Below are positions 7,354 through 15,934 of a DNA stretch of 21,599 bases, one piece after another. The stretch comes from a bacterium (GTDB lineage: Bacteria; Hinthialibacterota; Hinthialibacteria; Hinthialibacterales; Hinthialibacteraceae). The stretch lies in contig JBHGBC010000103.1 in assembly GCA_041946805.1 (NCBI GenBank), forward strand, positions 1 through 21,599, written 5' to 3'. The translations under genes were made by a program, and so were the position numbers. The notes under the pieces were generated by a model. The model worked only from the letters and a program-made list of their open reading frames with translations. It was not told the origin of the DNA and made no database searches. Every line of letters begins with the position of its first letter. The first letter of the stretch is position 1.

Positions 7354-8814
7354 ATGAAAATTTTAACTTTGAATCCTCCCAGTAAACATAGCAAAAACGT
7401 CGCCCGCGATTTGGTTTACGGATGTTGGTGCAAGGGCAAACGCATCGCGGGCATTCAGTTTCCCCCCGTCTCGCTGCTGTTGGTGACCACGGTGCTGCGG
7501 AACGCCGGGCACGAATCGCATCTCCTGGACGCCGCCGCGCTGATGATGACCCTTGATCAGATCAAGGAACGGGTGGCCCGGGAGAAATACGGCATCTGCT
7601 ACATGCTCACTTCCACAATGACGGTGGTCGAAGATGCGGAAATCCTGCAAGAACTCAAAGAAGCCTGCCCCGGCATGAAAACCGTGGCGGCCGGTTCGCA
7701 ACCCACCTTCATGCCCCAAGCCACTCTCGCGCGTAAGGGGATCGACTTCATCCTCATGCGCGAGCAGGAAGGCATCATCCAAGATCTGGCGGCGGCGCTG
7801 CGACAGGGCGGGGACGCGTACACAAAGGTCCTGGGCATCGGCTTCAAGGACGAAAACGGGAACATCGTCATCAATCCCCCCGCCCCGATGATCAAGAACC
7901 TCGACGATCTCCCCATTGCCGACCGCACCCTGCTGCCCCAGGAAGTGGACTATTTCAATCCGATCGTCAAGCGCATGCCCTTCACCACCATGTTCACCAC
8001 CCGCGGCTGCACGGCCAAGTGCACGTATTGCACGTCGCCTTTCTTCTACGGCGAGAAGGTCCGGTTCCGGAGCGCGGAAAAAGTCGTGGAGGAAATGGAG
8101 TATTGCCAGAACCTGGGTTATAAGGAAATTTTTTTCCGGGATGAGCTCTTCACCGCCTCCAAAAAGCGCGTTCTCGAAATCTGCCAGGGAATCAAGGACC
8201 AAAAACTGGATTTGACCTGGATCTGCAGTTCGCGGGTCAACAACGTGGACGAGGAGATGCTGGCGGCCATGAAGGACGCCGGCTGCCACCTGATCCGCTT
8301 CGGGGTGGAATCGGGCGTACAGGAGATTCTGGACAACGTGCGCAAGGACATCACGGTCGAAGAGACGCGCCGGGCTTTCGAACTGTGCCACAAGTATAAG
8401 ATCGACACCCACGCGCATTGCATGATCGGCAGCCCCGGCGAAACCAAGGAGACCATCAATCAGTCGCTGCGGTTCATTTTAGACATCGACCCGACGATCA
8501 TCACCTTTGGCATCACCACCCCCTATCCGGGAACGCCCCTGTTCGAGGAAGTGGCGGCGGTGCATCCGGAAATCGGCGACGGCAGCCAAATGGACATCAG
8601 CCGCCTGCACACCGACACGTTCTTCAACCAGTTCTTCACGGATCTGACCAATGACGAATTGTCAAAGGACATCCGCCGCATTTACCGCCGGTTTTACTTG
8701 CGTCCCAAGTATGTTTGGAGCTGGATCAAGCGCATCGACAGCTGGGCCGAGTTCAAGCGGGTAACCATGGCCGGCGCCAACGTGCTCGACTTTTCGCTTA
8801 GTTGGAGCGAGTGA
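7354..8814 (+). CDS. Cobalamin (B12)-binding radical SAM protein (HpnJ/BchE-like superfamily)
   Basis: AGGAG RBS at 7340-7344 before ATG 7354. N-terminal B12-binding domain (FPPVSL, LLDA, AAGSQPT). TRGCTAKCTYC (CxxxCxxC), FFRDELF, FGVESG, MIGSPGET and PYPGTPL. Confidence 0.92.
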   Translation: MKILTLNPPSKHSKNVARDLVYGCWCKGKRIAGIQFPPVSLLLVTTVLRNAGHESHLLDAAALMMTLDQIKERVAREKYGICYMLTSTMTVVEDAEILQELKEACPGMKTVAAGSQPTFMPQATLARKGIDFILMREQEGIIQDLAAALRQGGDAYTKVLGIGFKDENGNIVINPPAPMIKNLDDLPIADRTLLPQEVDYFNPIVKRMPFTTMFTTRGCTAKCTYCTSPFFYGEKVRFRSAEKVVEEMEYCQNLGYKEIFFRDELFTASKKRVLEICQGIKDQKLDLTWICSSRVNNVDEEMLAAMKDAGCHLIRFGVESGVQEILDNVRKDITVEETRRAFELCHKYKIDTHAHCMIGSPGETKETINQSLRFILDIDPTIITFGITTPYPGTPLFEEVAAVHPEIGDGSQMDISRLHTDTFFNQFFTDLTNDELSKDIRRIYRRFYLRPKYVWSWIKRIDSWAEFKRVTMAGANVLDFSLSWSE

Positions 8815-8847
8815 GAATGGGAGCCCGGCAAAGATAGAAAATGCGAA

Positions 8848-8878
8848 GGATGGGTTGGCGCGAAGCGCGTAACCCATC
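8848..8878. repeat. REP-like element (GGATGGGTT-GCG..GCG-TAACCCATC type), copy 1
   Basis: GATGGGTT...AACCCATC inverted arms; 27/31 identical to 11194-11224. Confidence 0.75.
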
Positions 8879-8947
8879 GAGGCCCTAAAAGCACCCAGTG
8901 GACATCAAGGACCAAAGAGGTAACAGAATACCACAAGGCCATCATCC

Positions 8948-8975
8948 GTAGGGGCACGTGGCCACGTGCCCCTAC
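8948..8975. repeat. Perfect 28-bp GTAG...CTAC palindrome (GTAG-family REP; possible bidirectional terminator)
   Basis: GTAGGGGCACGTGGCCACGTGCCCCTAC equals its own reverse complement and lies between convergent genes. Confidence 0.85.
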
Positions 8976-8998
8976 ATTGTTTAATTCGTACTTCATGA

Positions 8999-11119
8999 TT
9001 ACCGCGCCAGATATACCCGCGCGCCGCGGGGAGGCAATGTCACTTCGCCTCTCCATCGATCATTTTCCCCTGGTTTGAAGGCCACGGTGAGGGTTTTATC
9101 CTCGGAAAGTAGTTGAAGAGACTGGCCCCCGTCTTTATCCAGATGCCGCCGGTCCAGGGTCAGGGTCACGGTCCGTTCGTCATCCGCGACATTCGTGAGG
9201 GCGATCTTGACGTCACCCGCCGGGGCGCGCCAGGCGGAGGCCAGAACGGCGGGCTGAGTGTGGGTTGCGTTATCGGCATCGGTCCAGGATACCGTGCCGC
9301 CGCCTTCCAATGCCAGTGGAGGAAGCAACTCGCCGAACTGCAGGGCGTCGCGGGACGCGTGCCGGGCCAGGCACAGGGCTTTCAGAAATTCCGCCTCCGC
9401 CTTACTGGATTCCTGCAGGACTTGCGCTCCAACCCAGCCCAACTGGGATCCAAAAACGAACGCTTGCGCCATCTTCAGGCGGAAGGGATAGCGGTACGTG
9501 AAATCATCCCCTTGGATGTACTGAAAACCGAAAGATATCGCCCGCCCGCCATAGACCGCTGGATACAAAGGCACGATTTCGCCGCCGTCCTCGCGGGTGT
9601 TGACCATCAGCCAGGCGTGGAGCAAATCGTTCCAGGGATCCGCGTTCTCCTCGGTGGTCAGCGCCGTGCCTTTCGGCTGGACCTGGCGGCAGCGTTCGAG
9701 CAGGTCCCGGTAGCCTTGGATCCAATAGGTCCCCCCGCCGAGGGGATGCCCGTGTCCCTCGGCGAAACAGGGCTTGGCGGCGGCCGCGGAGATCTGATCG
9801 ATATACACGGCCTTGACTCCCACCTCGTTCAATAGCCGGTCCACCAGGTTGGTCACCGTGGTTTTCCACAATTCGGTGAAGGGACACATGGGAGAAAGCG
9901 GGACCTTGGAGCCGTACACCTCGACGTATTTCTCACCCTTTTCGTTGATCGCGCAGGCGGTTTCGGCCTTCTGATTTTTCCAACTTTCCGTGGCCGGATC
10001 CCACAGGCGGCCGTTGATGTAAGGCATCACGGCGATGCCGGCCTGCTGGACTTTTTCGACGGCGCTTTTGAATCCGGGCTTCGCGGGAAAGTACTCGGGA
10101 TAATGGTCGTCGAAGGGAATCCGGTGCCATTGATAGATATGCGCGGATACGGGAACCTGGAAGTACTGGGCGAACGCGATCACCTGGTTGGCGGAAGCCT
10201 CATCCTCGCAGGCGCCGATGTACCACAGATCGGTGTCCGACAACCACTGGGGTATGTCCTTGCGTTCGGCCAGGGTGGGAATACCGCCCCACGGTGATTT
10301 TACCGCCCCCGCGCGGTAAATCCGCGCGCTTTCATACCAATCGCCCGGGAAAAGGGCCGTGGTCACGGTGTAAGGAAGCTGGCAGCGCGTGGCTTTCCCC
10401 GCGTTTTCCACGGTGTGGCGGACGCCCAGGCTGGCGGCCGGCTGATGCGGCGGTTTTCCCACTAAAAACGTGAAGGGAAAGCCCGCGCTTTCGTGCACGC
10501 CCAGGTACACACCGGTTTCGCCGTCCGAAACCGAAACGAACGGCATGGCCCAGGACGCCGAGGGATACACACCCTCCCAGCGGCGGGCGGACAAATCCCC
10601 ATGCAGAACTCCCCATCCATAGGGAATGATGGAATGGACGTTGCCGGTGAGCGCCAACGGGCCGATTTCGGGATACACCACATCCCATAACGTATAGCCG
10701 GAATCCTTCACTTCGAATTCAATGGTCCATTCATACTGGTTGTCATGGGCGGAAACCGCGGCGAGGACCCGCAGGTTGCCCGGTTGCAGGTCTTTCCACT
10801 CCAGTATCAGTTGATTTTCAGAAGATTCACGGACCGTGGCCTTTCCATCCAACGCGGTGAGCGCGTGGGGGGTTTTATCGGGAGCGAGGACCGTGATCGT
10901 CCACAGGGGAACCGGCGGCTGCTGGGCGATCCACATTCGCGGATGTTCCAGGCCGGCGGCCTCCACCTGGTTGAAGGAGACGATCCCGTCCTGGTTTTCG
11001 AGGACCAGTTTCCCGCCGGGCGTGATGAGCGGAACGAGAGGCTTATCCGCGGCGGAAAGGTAATTGGAACAGGAGCTGAACACAAAGAGAGTGAGGATCA
11101 GAATCGTTGGCCGTTTCAT
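8999..11119 (-). CDS. Secreted DUF6259-like putative glycoside hydrolase (beta-sandwich plus TIM barrel)
   Basis: RBS ACAGGA before ATG 11119. Signal peptide MKRPTILILTLFVFSSC.... Motifs GDWYESARIYR, WHRIPFDDHYPEYFP, PYINGRLWD, MCP, AVYIDQI, HGHPLGGG and TTEENADP. Confidence 0.75.
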   Translation of the reverse strand: MKRPTILILTLFVFSSCSNYLSAADKPLVPLITPGGKLVLENQDGIVSFNQVEAAGLEHPRMWIAQQPPVPLWTITVLAPDKTPHALTALDGKATVRESSENQLILEWKDLQPGNLRVLAAVSAHDNQYEWTIEFEVKDSGYTLWDVVYPEIGPLALTGNVHSIIPYGWGVLHGDLSARRWEGVYPSASWAMPFVSVSDGETGVYLGVHESAGFPFTFLVGKPPHQPAASLGVRHTVENAGKATRCQLPYTVTTALFPGDWYESARIYRAGAVKSPWGGIPTLAERKDIPQWLSDTDLWYIGACEDEASANQVIAFAQYFQVPVSAHIYQWHRIPFDDHYPEYFPAKPGFKSAVEKVQQAGIAVMPYINGRLWDPATESWKNQKAETACAINEKGEKYVEVYGSKVPLSPMCPFTELWKTTVTNLVDRLLNEVGVKAVYIDQISAAAAKPCFAEGHGHPLGGGTYWIQGYRDLLERCRQVQPKGTALTTEENADPWNDLLHAWLMVNTREDGGEIVPLYPAVYGGRAISFGFQYIQGDDFTYRYPFRLKMAQAFVFGSQLGWVGAQVLQESSKAEAEFLKALCLARHASRDALQFGELLPPLALEGGGTVSWTDADNATHTQPAVLASAWRAPAGDVKIALTNVADDERTVTLTLDRRHLDKDGGQSLQLLSEDKTLTVAFKPGENDRWRGEVTLPPRGARVYLAR

Positions 11120-11193
11120 TTTTTTGTCCTGTTGTTCGCGAGTATGAGGCACAAATAAAGTAGGGAAAACCAAGGAAGATGTATAGCGAAGCT

Positions 11194-11285
11194 GGATGGA
11201 TTAGCGTGAAGCGCGTAAGCCATCCTGATTGCTAGGGAATAAGGCGGACAACAGAAGAGGTTGGTTTGAGCGTAGCGAAATCCAC
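11194..11285. repeat. Two REP-like elements: copy 2 of the GGATGG..CCATC type (11194-11224) and AGGTTGGTTTGAGCGTAGCGAAATCCAC (11258-11285)
   Basis: The first matches 8848-8878. The second has the same imperfect-stem architecture with a GCG..GCG core. Confidence 0.65.
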
Positions 11286-11313
11286 TATATGGCAGGCGTC
11301 TATATAGCAGGCG

Positions 11314-11883
11314 TCACCGCCCGGCGTCCCAATCGTCGCGATAGACCTTCTGCGGAATATTGCCGGGGCCGACGCGTTCGAAGTTGCCGCGCGACACCAG
11401 GCCGTTGGATTGGTCATAGCGGGGATAGGAGGACGAGGTGGTGGGACCGTCGAACCAACCCCGGTCCGGCCCCAGGCCGGTGATCACCCACTTGATATTG
11501 TGGCGGATCATGGCGGGGCTGGAATCGAACGTGGGCGGGCCGTGGTAGATGTAGTATCTCTTGACGGGCCGGCCATAGGCGTTCAGGACGGTGTTGTAGC
11601 CCACGTCGGTCTCGTTGATCGGGCCGAAGGGATCTTCCGGAATCGAACTCATGTAGGGAGTGGGAGTGGTGAGCCGGGAGAGCAGAAAATTGCCGATGTA
11701 TTGATTTTCATCGATCTTGTAGGATTCGATCGCGGTTTCCAGGGCCTTCATGTCGGCCTCGGTCTTGGCCAGTTTGGCCCGGATTTGCGCGTTGAGGAAG
11801 TTCGGCACGGCGATGGCCGCCAGAATGCCGATGATGGCCACCACGATCAACAGCTCGATCAGGGTAAACGCCGGATTTTTCAT
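11314..11883 (-). CDS. Prepilin-type N-terminal cleavage/methylation domain protein (GspG-like pseudopilin)
   Basis: PA|FTLIELLIVVAIIGILAAIAVPNF class III signal with E5. GspG-like IPEDPFG and GLGPD motifs. Confidence 0.92.
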   Translation of the reverse strand: MKNPAFTLIELLIVVAIIGILAAIAVPNFLNAQIRAKLAKTEADMKALETAIESYKIDENQYIGNFLLSRLTTPTPYMSSIPEDPFGPINETDVGYNTVLNAYGRPVKRYYIYHGPPTFDSSPAMIRHNIKWVITGLGPDRGWFDGPTTSSSYPRYDQSNGLVSRGNFERVGPGNIPQKVYRDDWDAGR

Positions 11884-12079
11884 GATTGCGCTTCTTTCCC
11901 TCTCCAGGAGTGTTGGATTATTCTCTCACCGGACAGTCATAGAATGGAATGGGGGATTGATCTCTGCGCCGTTTCGAGGCATGTCAGAATGGCTTTGATG
12001 CAGGATGAGCAGGCAGGGTGGGATTGCGATTCACCATCCGGTACGCATTTACCGGAAGAACCGAAAAATTCAGCAGATC

Positions 12080-13207
12080 CTAGAATCCCCAGAAAATCTT
12101 GTCGATCACGATCATCACGTCCGGCGGATTGCGATACCCCGTCGGCCCCAGGAGAATCGAGCACAGGCCGAGCAGTCCCATGCCGGCGCAACCGAGAAAG
12201 AGAACGCGGCGCGAGTGGTTCTCTTCCACCAGCAGGCACAAGGCCGGCAGGAATATCAGGTACCAGAACTGGGCCAAGGTGCTGGTATGAACCAGAAAAA
12301 CGAACAAAAACGGGATCAACCACGGCCAGATGGTTTGTGTGCGGCGCATGCCGTACAGGCAATAGAATTCGAAGGCCAACGATACCGCCATGTGCGTGTA
12401 AATCAGCCAGGCCGGAAAATCCCCGTAGCGGGTCGGATCGGTGATAAACCAGGAGATCGGGTTGATTTCGGGGACATAATTCGCCTCCAGCAAGTGAAGG
12501 GGAAAACCGCCGAAAATATAGGCAAGCCCGCTGGGGATCAGGCTGAAGATTCCCCACGCCAGGGGCGCGGCCCATCGGCGGGGTTTCCCCCAGGGCCAAT
12601 TTTGGAGAAAATAGGGAAGGAGGAGGACGGGGAAAAATTTGGTCTGGACCGCGATTCCCAAAAGGCCCAGCGCGTAAGGCTTTTTGTGCTGGAGCGCCAG
12701 CAGGGCCAGGACGGTCCCGAGCACGACAAATCCCTCGAATTGTCCTTCCCGCGAAGTGAACCACACACTGGTGGGATTCAGCCAGTACAGCAGCGCGATC
12801 CATCGGTCCCCGGTGTATTTCCACATGGTCCAGGCGCCGAGCGCGTCGAACAGGGTCAAAATCAGTTTGGCCACGGGCAACGCGGTGCTGAGAGCGGCGA
12901 TCGCGGCGAACAGCAGCAAGGTCACGGGAGGATAGGTGTAATAATGGTTCTCCCAAAAAAACTGGCAGGGGGAAGGGGAGAGGTCCAGGGGGGTCATGTC
13001 GTAGAGGAGCAACCCGTAATAGCGGAACGCTTGGCCATAGCCGAGATTGCGGATCAGGTCGGTGGTGGTGGGCGTGGGCAGAAAACAATAAACCAGACGC
13101 AACCCGGCCCCAGCGGCCAGCAGGCTGGCGTAGAGCAGGACAATCCCATTCTTCCGGGAAAAGACAGAATGTCTTTTCCCGGCTGGCGGCGCGTAATGCA
13201 GCGACAT
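12080..13207 (-). CDS. Multi-pass membrane glycosyltransferase, GT-C fold (GT87/DUF2029-like)
   Basis: About ten hydrophobic segments. First-loop Asp (TTDL), YTYPP, LYWLNP, EGQFEGF and TKFFPVLLLP. ATG 13207 is preferred; the computed extension to 13771 is antisense to the FGE gene. Confidence 0.75.
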   Translation of the reverse strand: MSLHYAPPAGKRHSVFSRKNGIVLLYASLLAAGAGLRLVYCFLPTPTTTDLIRNLGYGQAFRYYGLLLYDMTPLDLSPSPCQFFWENHYYTYPPVTLLLFAAIAALSTALPVAKLILTLFDALGAWTMWKYTGDRWIALLYWLNPTSVWFTSREGQFEGFVVLGTVLALLALQHKKPYALGLLGIAVQTKFFPVLLLPYFLQNWPWGKPRRWAAPLAWGIFSLIPSGLAYIFGGFPLHLLEANYVPEINPISWFITDPTRYGDFPAWLIYTHMAVSLAFEFYCLYGMRRTQTIWPWLIPFLFVFLVHTSTLAQFWYLIFLPALCLLVEENHSRRVLFLGCAGMGLLGLCSILLGPTGYRNPPDVMIVIDKIFWGF

Positions 13208-14068
13208 TTTTTTCCACAAATCCCGCGGTGGTTCTGGTGCATTATATACGGATTGATGGCTCTGTATGGATACCCGGTGGATATTTCCGAGCCGCCGCTC
13301 GTCCGGATTCCGGCCGGCCCTTTCCTCGCTGGATCCAGCGAGGCCGAGCGGGCCTTGCACCGGGTCCCGCGGGGTGAGCCCAAGGCCCAAACCGTGGAGT
13401 TGCCCGCGTATTGGATCGGCCTCTACGAAGTCACGCTGTTCGAATACGGATGCTTCGTGGATGACGAGGGGTACAGCCGGCCGGAATATTGGTCCGAGGA
13501 GGGCTGGTATTGCCGCTGGCGGTACGGGTGGGAACATCCGCGGCGGTGGAACGACCGGGAATACCGCGGATTGCATCCGGAAAACCGGCCGGTCTGCGGC
13601 GTGAGTTGGTACGAGGCCGAGGCGTATTGCAACTGGCTGATGATCCGCACCGGCAAACCCTACCGGCTGCCCACATCGCTGGAATGGGAAAAGGCCGCCC
13701 GGGGATGCGACGGACGGATTTTTCCCTGGGGAAACGAGTGGAAGCCGCGGAACTGCAACTGGTACGGCCAACTGGGCCAGGCCTCGCTCAAGAAGGAAGA
13801 TCTCGATCCCTTCGGATTCACGGCGCCCGTGGGCTCGTTCGAATTAGGGAAAAGCCCGTGGGGCTGTTATGACATGGCCGGCAACGTGATGGAATGGTGC
13901 CAAGACGCCTGGGGAAAGGGATCGCCGTACCGGGTGCTGCGCGGGGGGAGTTTCATGACCAACGAACCGCGCCAGCTGCGCTGCGCCTGGCGGGGAGGCA
14001 CGTATCCCGACATCGGCCACGTGCACTGGGGCAACACGGGCTTCCGCGTGGCCATGGACGATGAGTGA
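13196..14068 (+). CDS. FGE-sulfatase domain protein (SUMF1/EgtB/PvdO family)
   Basis: IPAGPFLAGS, YEVT, PVCGVSWYEAEAYCNWL, RLPTSLEWEKAARG, FPWG, YDMAGNVMEWC, RVLRGGSF and GFRVA. The start is uncertain (13169, 13196 or 13256). Confidence 0.88.
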   Translation: MQRHFFPQIPRWFWCIIYGLMALYGYPVDISEPPLVRIPAGPFLAGSSEAERALHRVPRGEPKAQTVELPAYWIGLYEVTLFEYGCFVDDEGYSRPEYWSEEGWYCRWRYGWEHPRRWNDREYRGLHPENRPVCGVSWYEAEAYCNWLMIRTGKPYRLPTSLEWEKAARGCDGRIFPWGNEWKPRNCNWYGQLGQASLKKEDLDPFGFTAPVGSFELGKSPWGCYDMAGNVMEWCQDAWGKGSPYRVLRGGSFMTNEPRQLRCAWRGGTYPDIGHVHWGNTGFRVAMDDE

Positions 14069-14097
14069 GCGGGGAGGATTTCATCTTGTTCAAGACG

Positions 14098-14233
14098 CGG
14101 GCGGACACGCAGGCAGCCCCTGCAAATATTTTCTCTCCCTACCCTACTCCCGAAGGGAGAGGGAATAATAAGCTTTTGTGTCTAAAATCCCAGGACTTCC
14201 GCCCAGGGCTAGGCTCATGCCGCGCCGTGGGCG
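14098..14233. repeat. Cluster of degenerate REP-like palindromes (composite element)
   Basis: GGGCGGACACGCAGGCAGCCCCTGC; CTCCC-GAA-GGGAG hairpin within TCTCCCTACCCTACTCCCGAAGGGAGAGGG; CCCAGGACTTCCGCCCAGGGCTAGG...GCCGCGCCGTGGGCG. The last two parts recur inverted at 21479-21577. Confidence 0.7.
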
Positions 14234-14422
14234 TTGCAAAAAAAGTACTGCATATGGGCAAATCATTCCAATAGGAATGATTGCAAAACCATTCTATTTT
14301 TGTTGTAATTTTACACTCCCTCATTCCTTTCCAACAATCCATCCTCAAACCGGTTTCCGCAGCCCGCGGGCGGCCATGACCTTGAATTCCCAGGAGCGGA
14401 CCTTTCTTCGCGGTGAATTCGG

Positions 14423-14460
14423 CCGGGTCGTCTGTCGGACATCAGACGATCCGGTATAAT
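14423..14460 (+). promoter_or_regulatory. Candidate promoter (-10 TATAAT) with an abutting inverted repeat
   Basis: TATAAT at 14455-14460. CCGGGTCGTCTG-N8-CAGACGATCCGG (14423-14454, 11/12 match) lies immediately upstream. AGGAG RBS precedes ATG 14514. Confidence 0.45.
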
Positions 14461-14513
14461 GAAGGCCGCATGCGGCGCCGCCGCGGATTCAATCCATCGC
14501 AGGAGAATCGTTC

Positions 14514-15905
14514 ATGAAACGGGCATTTCTGGTTTTTTGTTTATCACTGACCGCCCTAGGAGTTTCCGCGCATCCCTCCGCCCTCGATCCGGACGGCTTG
14601 CTCCGCGTCGATGGGAAGCGGGTCTTCATTCTCGGACTCTACGAGAACGCGAAAGACGACGCCTTCGCCCAGGAAGCCGCGGAGGCGGGTTTCAATTTGA
14701 TCCGCGTGAATCCCAATCAAGAAGATCTGGACCGGGCCGCGGCGCACGGGCTGCAGGCCTGGATACCCCTCGGCGGGCTGCCGGTTGAGTCCGACGCCCA
14801 GAAAAAGAGCCTGCGGGAATTGATTGAAAAGTACAAGGATCATCCCGCCCTGGCCGTGTGGGAAGCGCCCGACGAGGCGTTGTGGAACGTGTGGTGGACG
14901 CGGCTGAACCAGGACCAGGCGCGACGGCGCGAGGTGGAGGCCGCCATTCCGAAATTCGAGGGGACCACGGAACAAAAGCAACAACTGGAAATCCTGGCGG
15001 CCGCCTGGCGGCGGTACCATGGCAGCGGACGCTATGCGCTGGCGGAGGCCGTGGAAGCCGATATCCGCGCCCTCGTGGGCATGGCTCCCCTCACGGAGCG
15101 CTTGAGCGATTGGCGCGAACACCTGGAACCGTTGTATCAGCAACTGGCCGCGGGATGTGAAGCATTGCGTTCCGTGGATACGCGGCATGTCCTGTGGTTC
15201 AACCACGCGCCGCGCAACAGCCTCAGCGACCTGGCCCGTTTCGGAACTTTGGCGGATATCGTGGGCTGTGACATATACCCCGTGCCCTTCGGCCCGTTCG
15301 TCGGCCACAGCGATTTGCCCGAACGGAACCTGCCCAGCGTGGGGCGATACACCCGGCGCATGATCCAGTCGGCTCCCGGCAAACCCGCGTGGATGGTGCT
15401 GCAGGGCTTCGGCTGGGACGACATCAACGAATCACCGTCGCGCGGAGAACCGAAAAACCGGCGGCCCACCTTGGACGAAATCCGTTTCATGGCCTACGAC
15501 GCCATCGTCCACGGCGCGCGCGGCCTGCTCTATTGGGGCACCTTCGCCGTGGAAAAGCCCTCGGCGTTCTGGTCCGATTTGAAAAGCGTGATCACCGAAC
15601 TGCACCGGCTGCAGCCGTTCCTTTCCGCGCCCGACGCCACCGGCCAGGTCACGCTGGCGGTGGAGCCGTCGTCCGGTTCCGGGGAGAACGGCGTGGTCCT
15701 TATGGCCAAGGAGCACGAAGGCCGCTGGGCGTTCTTCGTGGTGAACGAAGCGCCCGAGGCCTTGGCGTTCTCGATCCGTGTCCCCGCGTTCTTGAATGGC
15801 AAGCAAGTCAGCGTGCTCGACGAGCCGGAAACCCTGACGGTGGAAGGCGGAATGATCCACTACGGTCTGCCCGGGTTGGGGGTGTCGGTTTTGGCGGCGG
15901 AGTGA
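14514..15905 (+). CDS. Secreted putative glycoside hydrolase (clan-A-like TIM barrel, unassigned family)
   Basis: Signal peptide MKRAFLVFCLSLTALGVSA|HP. VDGKRVFILGLY, AGFNLI, HPALAVWEAPDE, DIVGCDIYP, WMVLQGFGW and RFMAYDAIVHGARGLLYW. Confidence 0.8.
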   Translation: MKRAFLVFCLSLTALGVSAHPSALDPDGLLRVDGKRVFILGLYENAKDDAFAQEAAEAGFNLIRVNPNQEDLDRAAAHGLQAWIPLGGLPVESDAQKKSLRELIEKYKDHPALAVWEAPDEALWNVWWTRLNQDQARRREVEAAIPKFEGTTEQKQQLEILAAAWRRYHGSGRYALAEAVEADIRALVGMAPLTERLSDWREHLEPLYQQLAAGCEALRSVDTRHVLWFNHAPRNSLSDLARFGTLADIVGCDIYPVPFGPFVGHSDLPERNLPSVGRYTRRMIQSAPGKPAWMVLQGFGWDDINESPSRGEPKNRRPTLDEIRFMAYDAIVHGARGLLYWGTFAVEKPSAFWSDLKSVITELHRLQPFLSAPDATGQVTLAVEPSSGSGENGVVLMAKEHEGRWAFFVVNEAPEALAFSIRVPAFLNGKQVSVLDEPETLTVEGGMIHYGLPGLGVSVLAAE

Positions 15906-15934
15906 GGGAATCCTATAAGGGCGAAATCCATTAT

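Noticed and set aside
7363..8418. 351-aa antisense ORF over the radical SAM gene (likewise 9113-9835, 14556-15308, 16748-18223, 19333-19959, 20743-21429)
   Set aside because: Shadow ORFs expected from high-GC codon bias; no motifs, and fully opposite well-supported genes.
12005..13195. Apparent 687-aa FGE fusion and 563-aa GT-C extension overlapping each other
   Set aside because: Each extension is simply the antisense reading of the other real gene.
15389..15934. Arg-rich N-terminal extensions of computed ORFs (also 4826-5074, 7141-7353, 18328-18714)
   Set aside because: They overlap other genes or repeats, and downstream starts have an RBS and/or a signal peptide or domain start.
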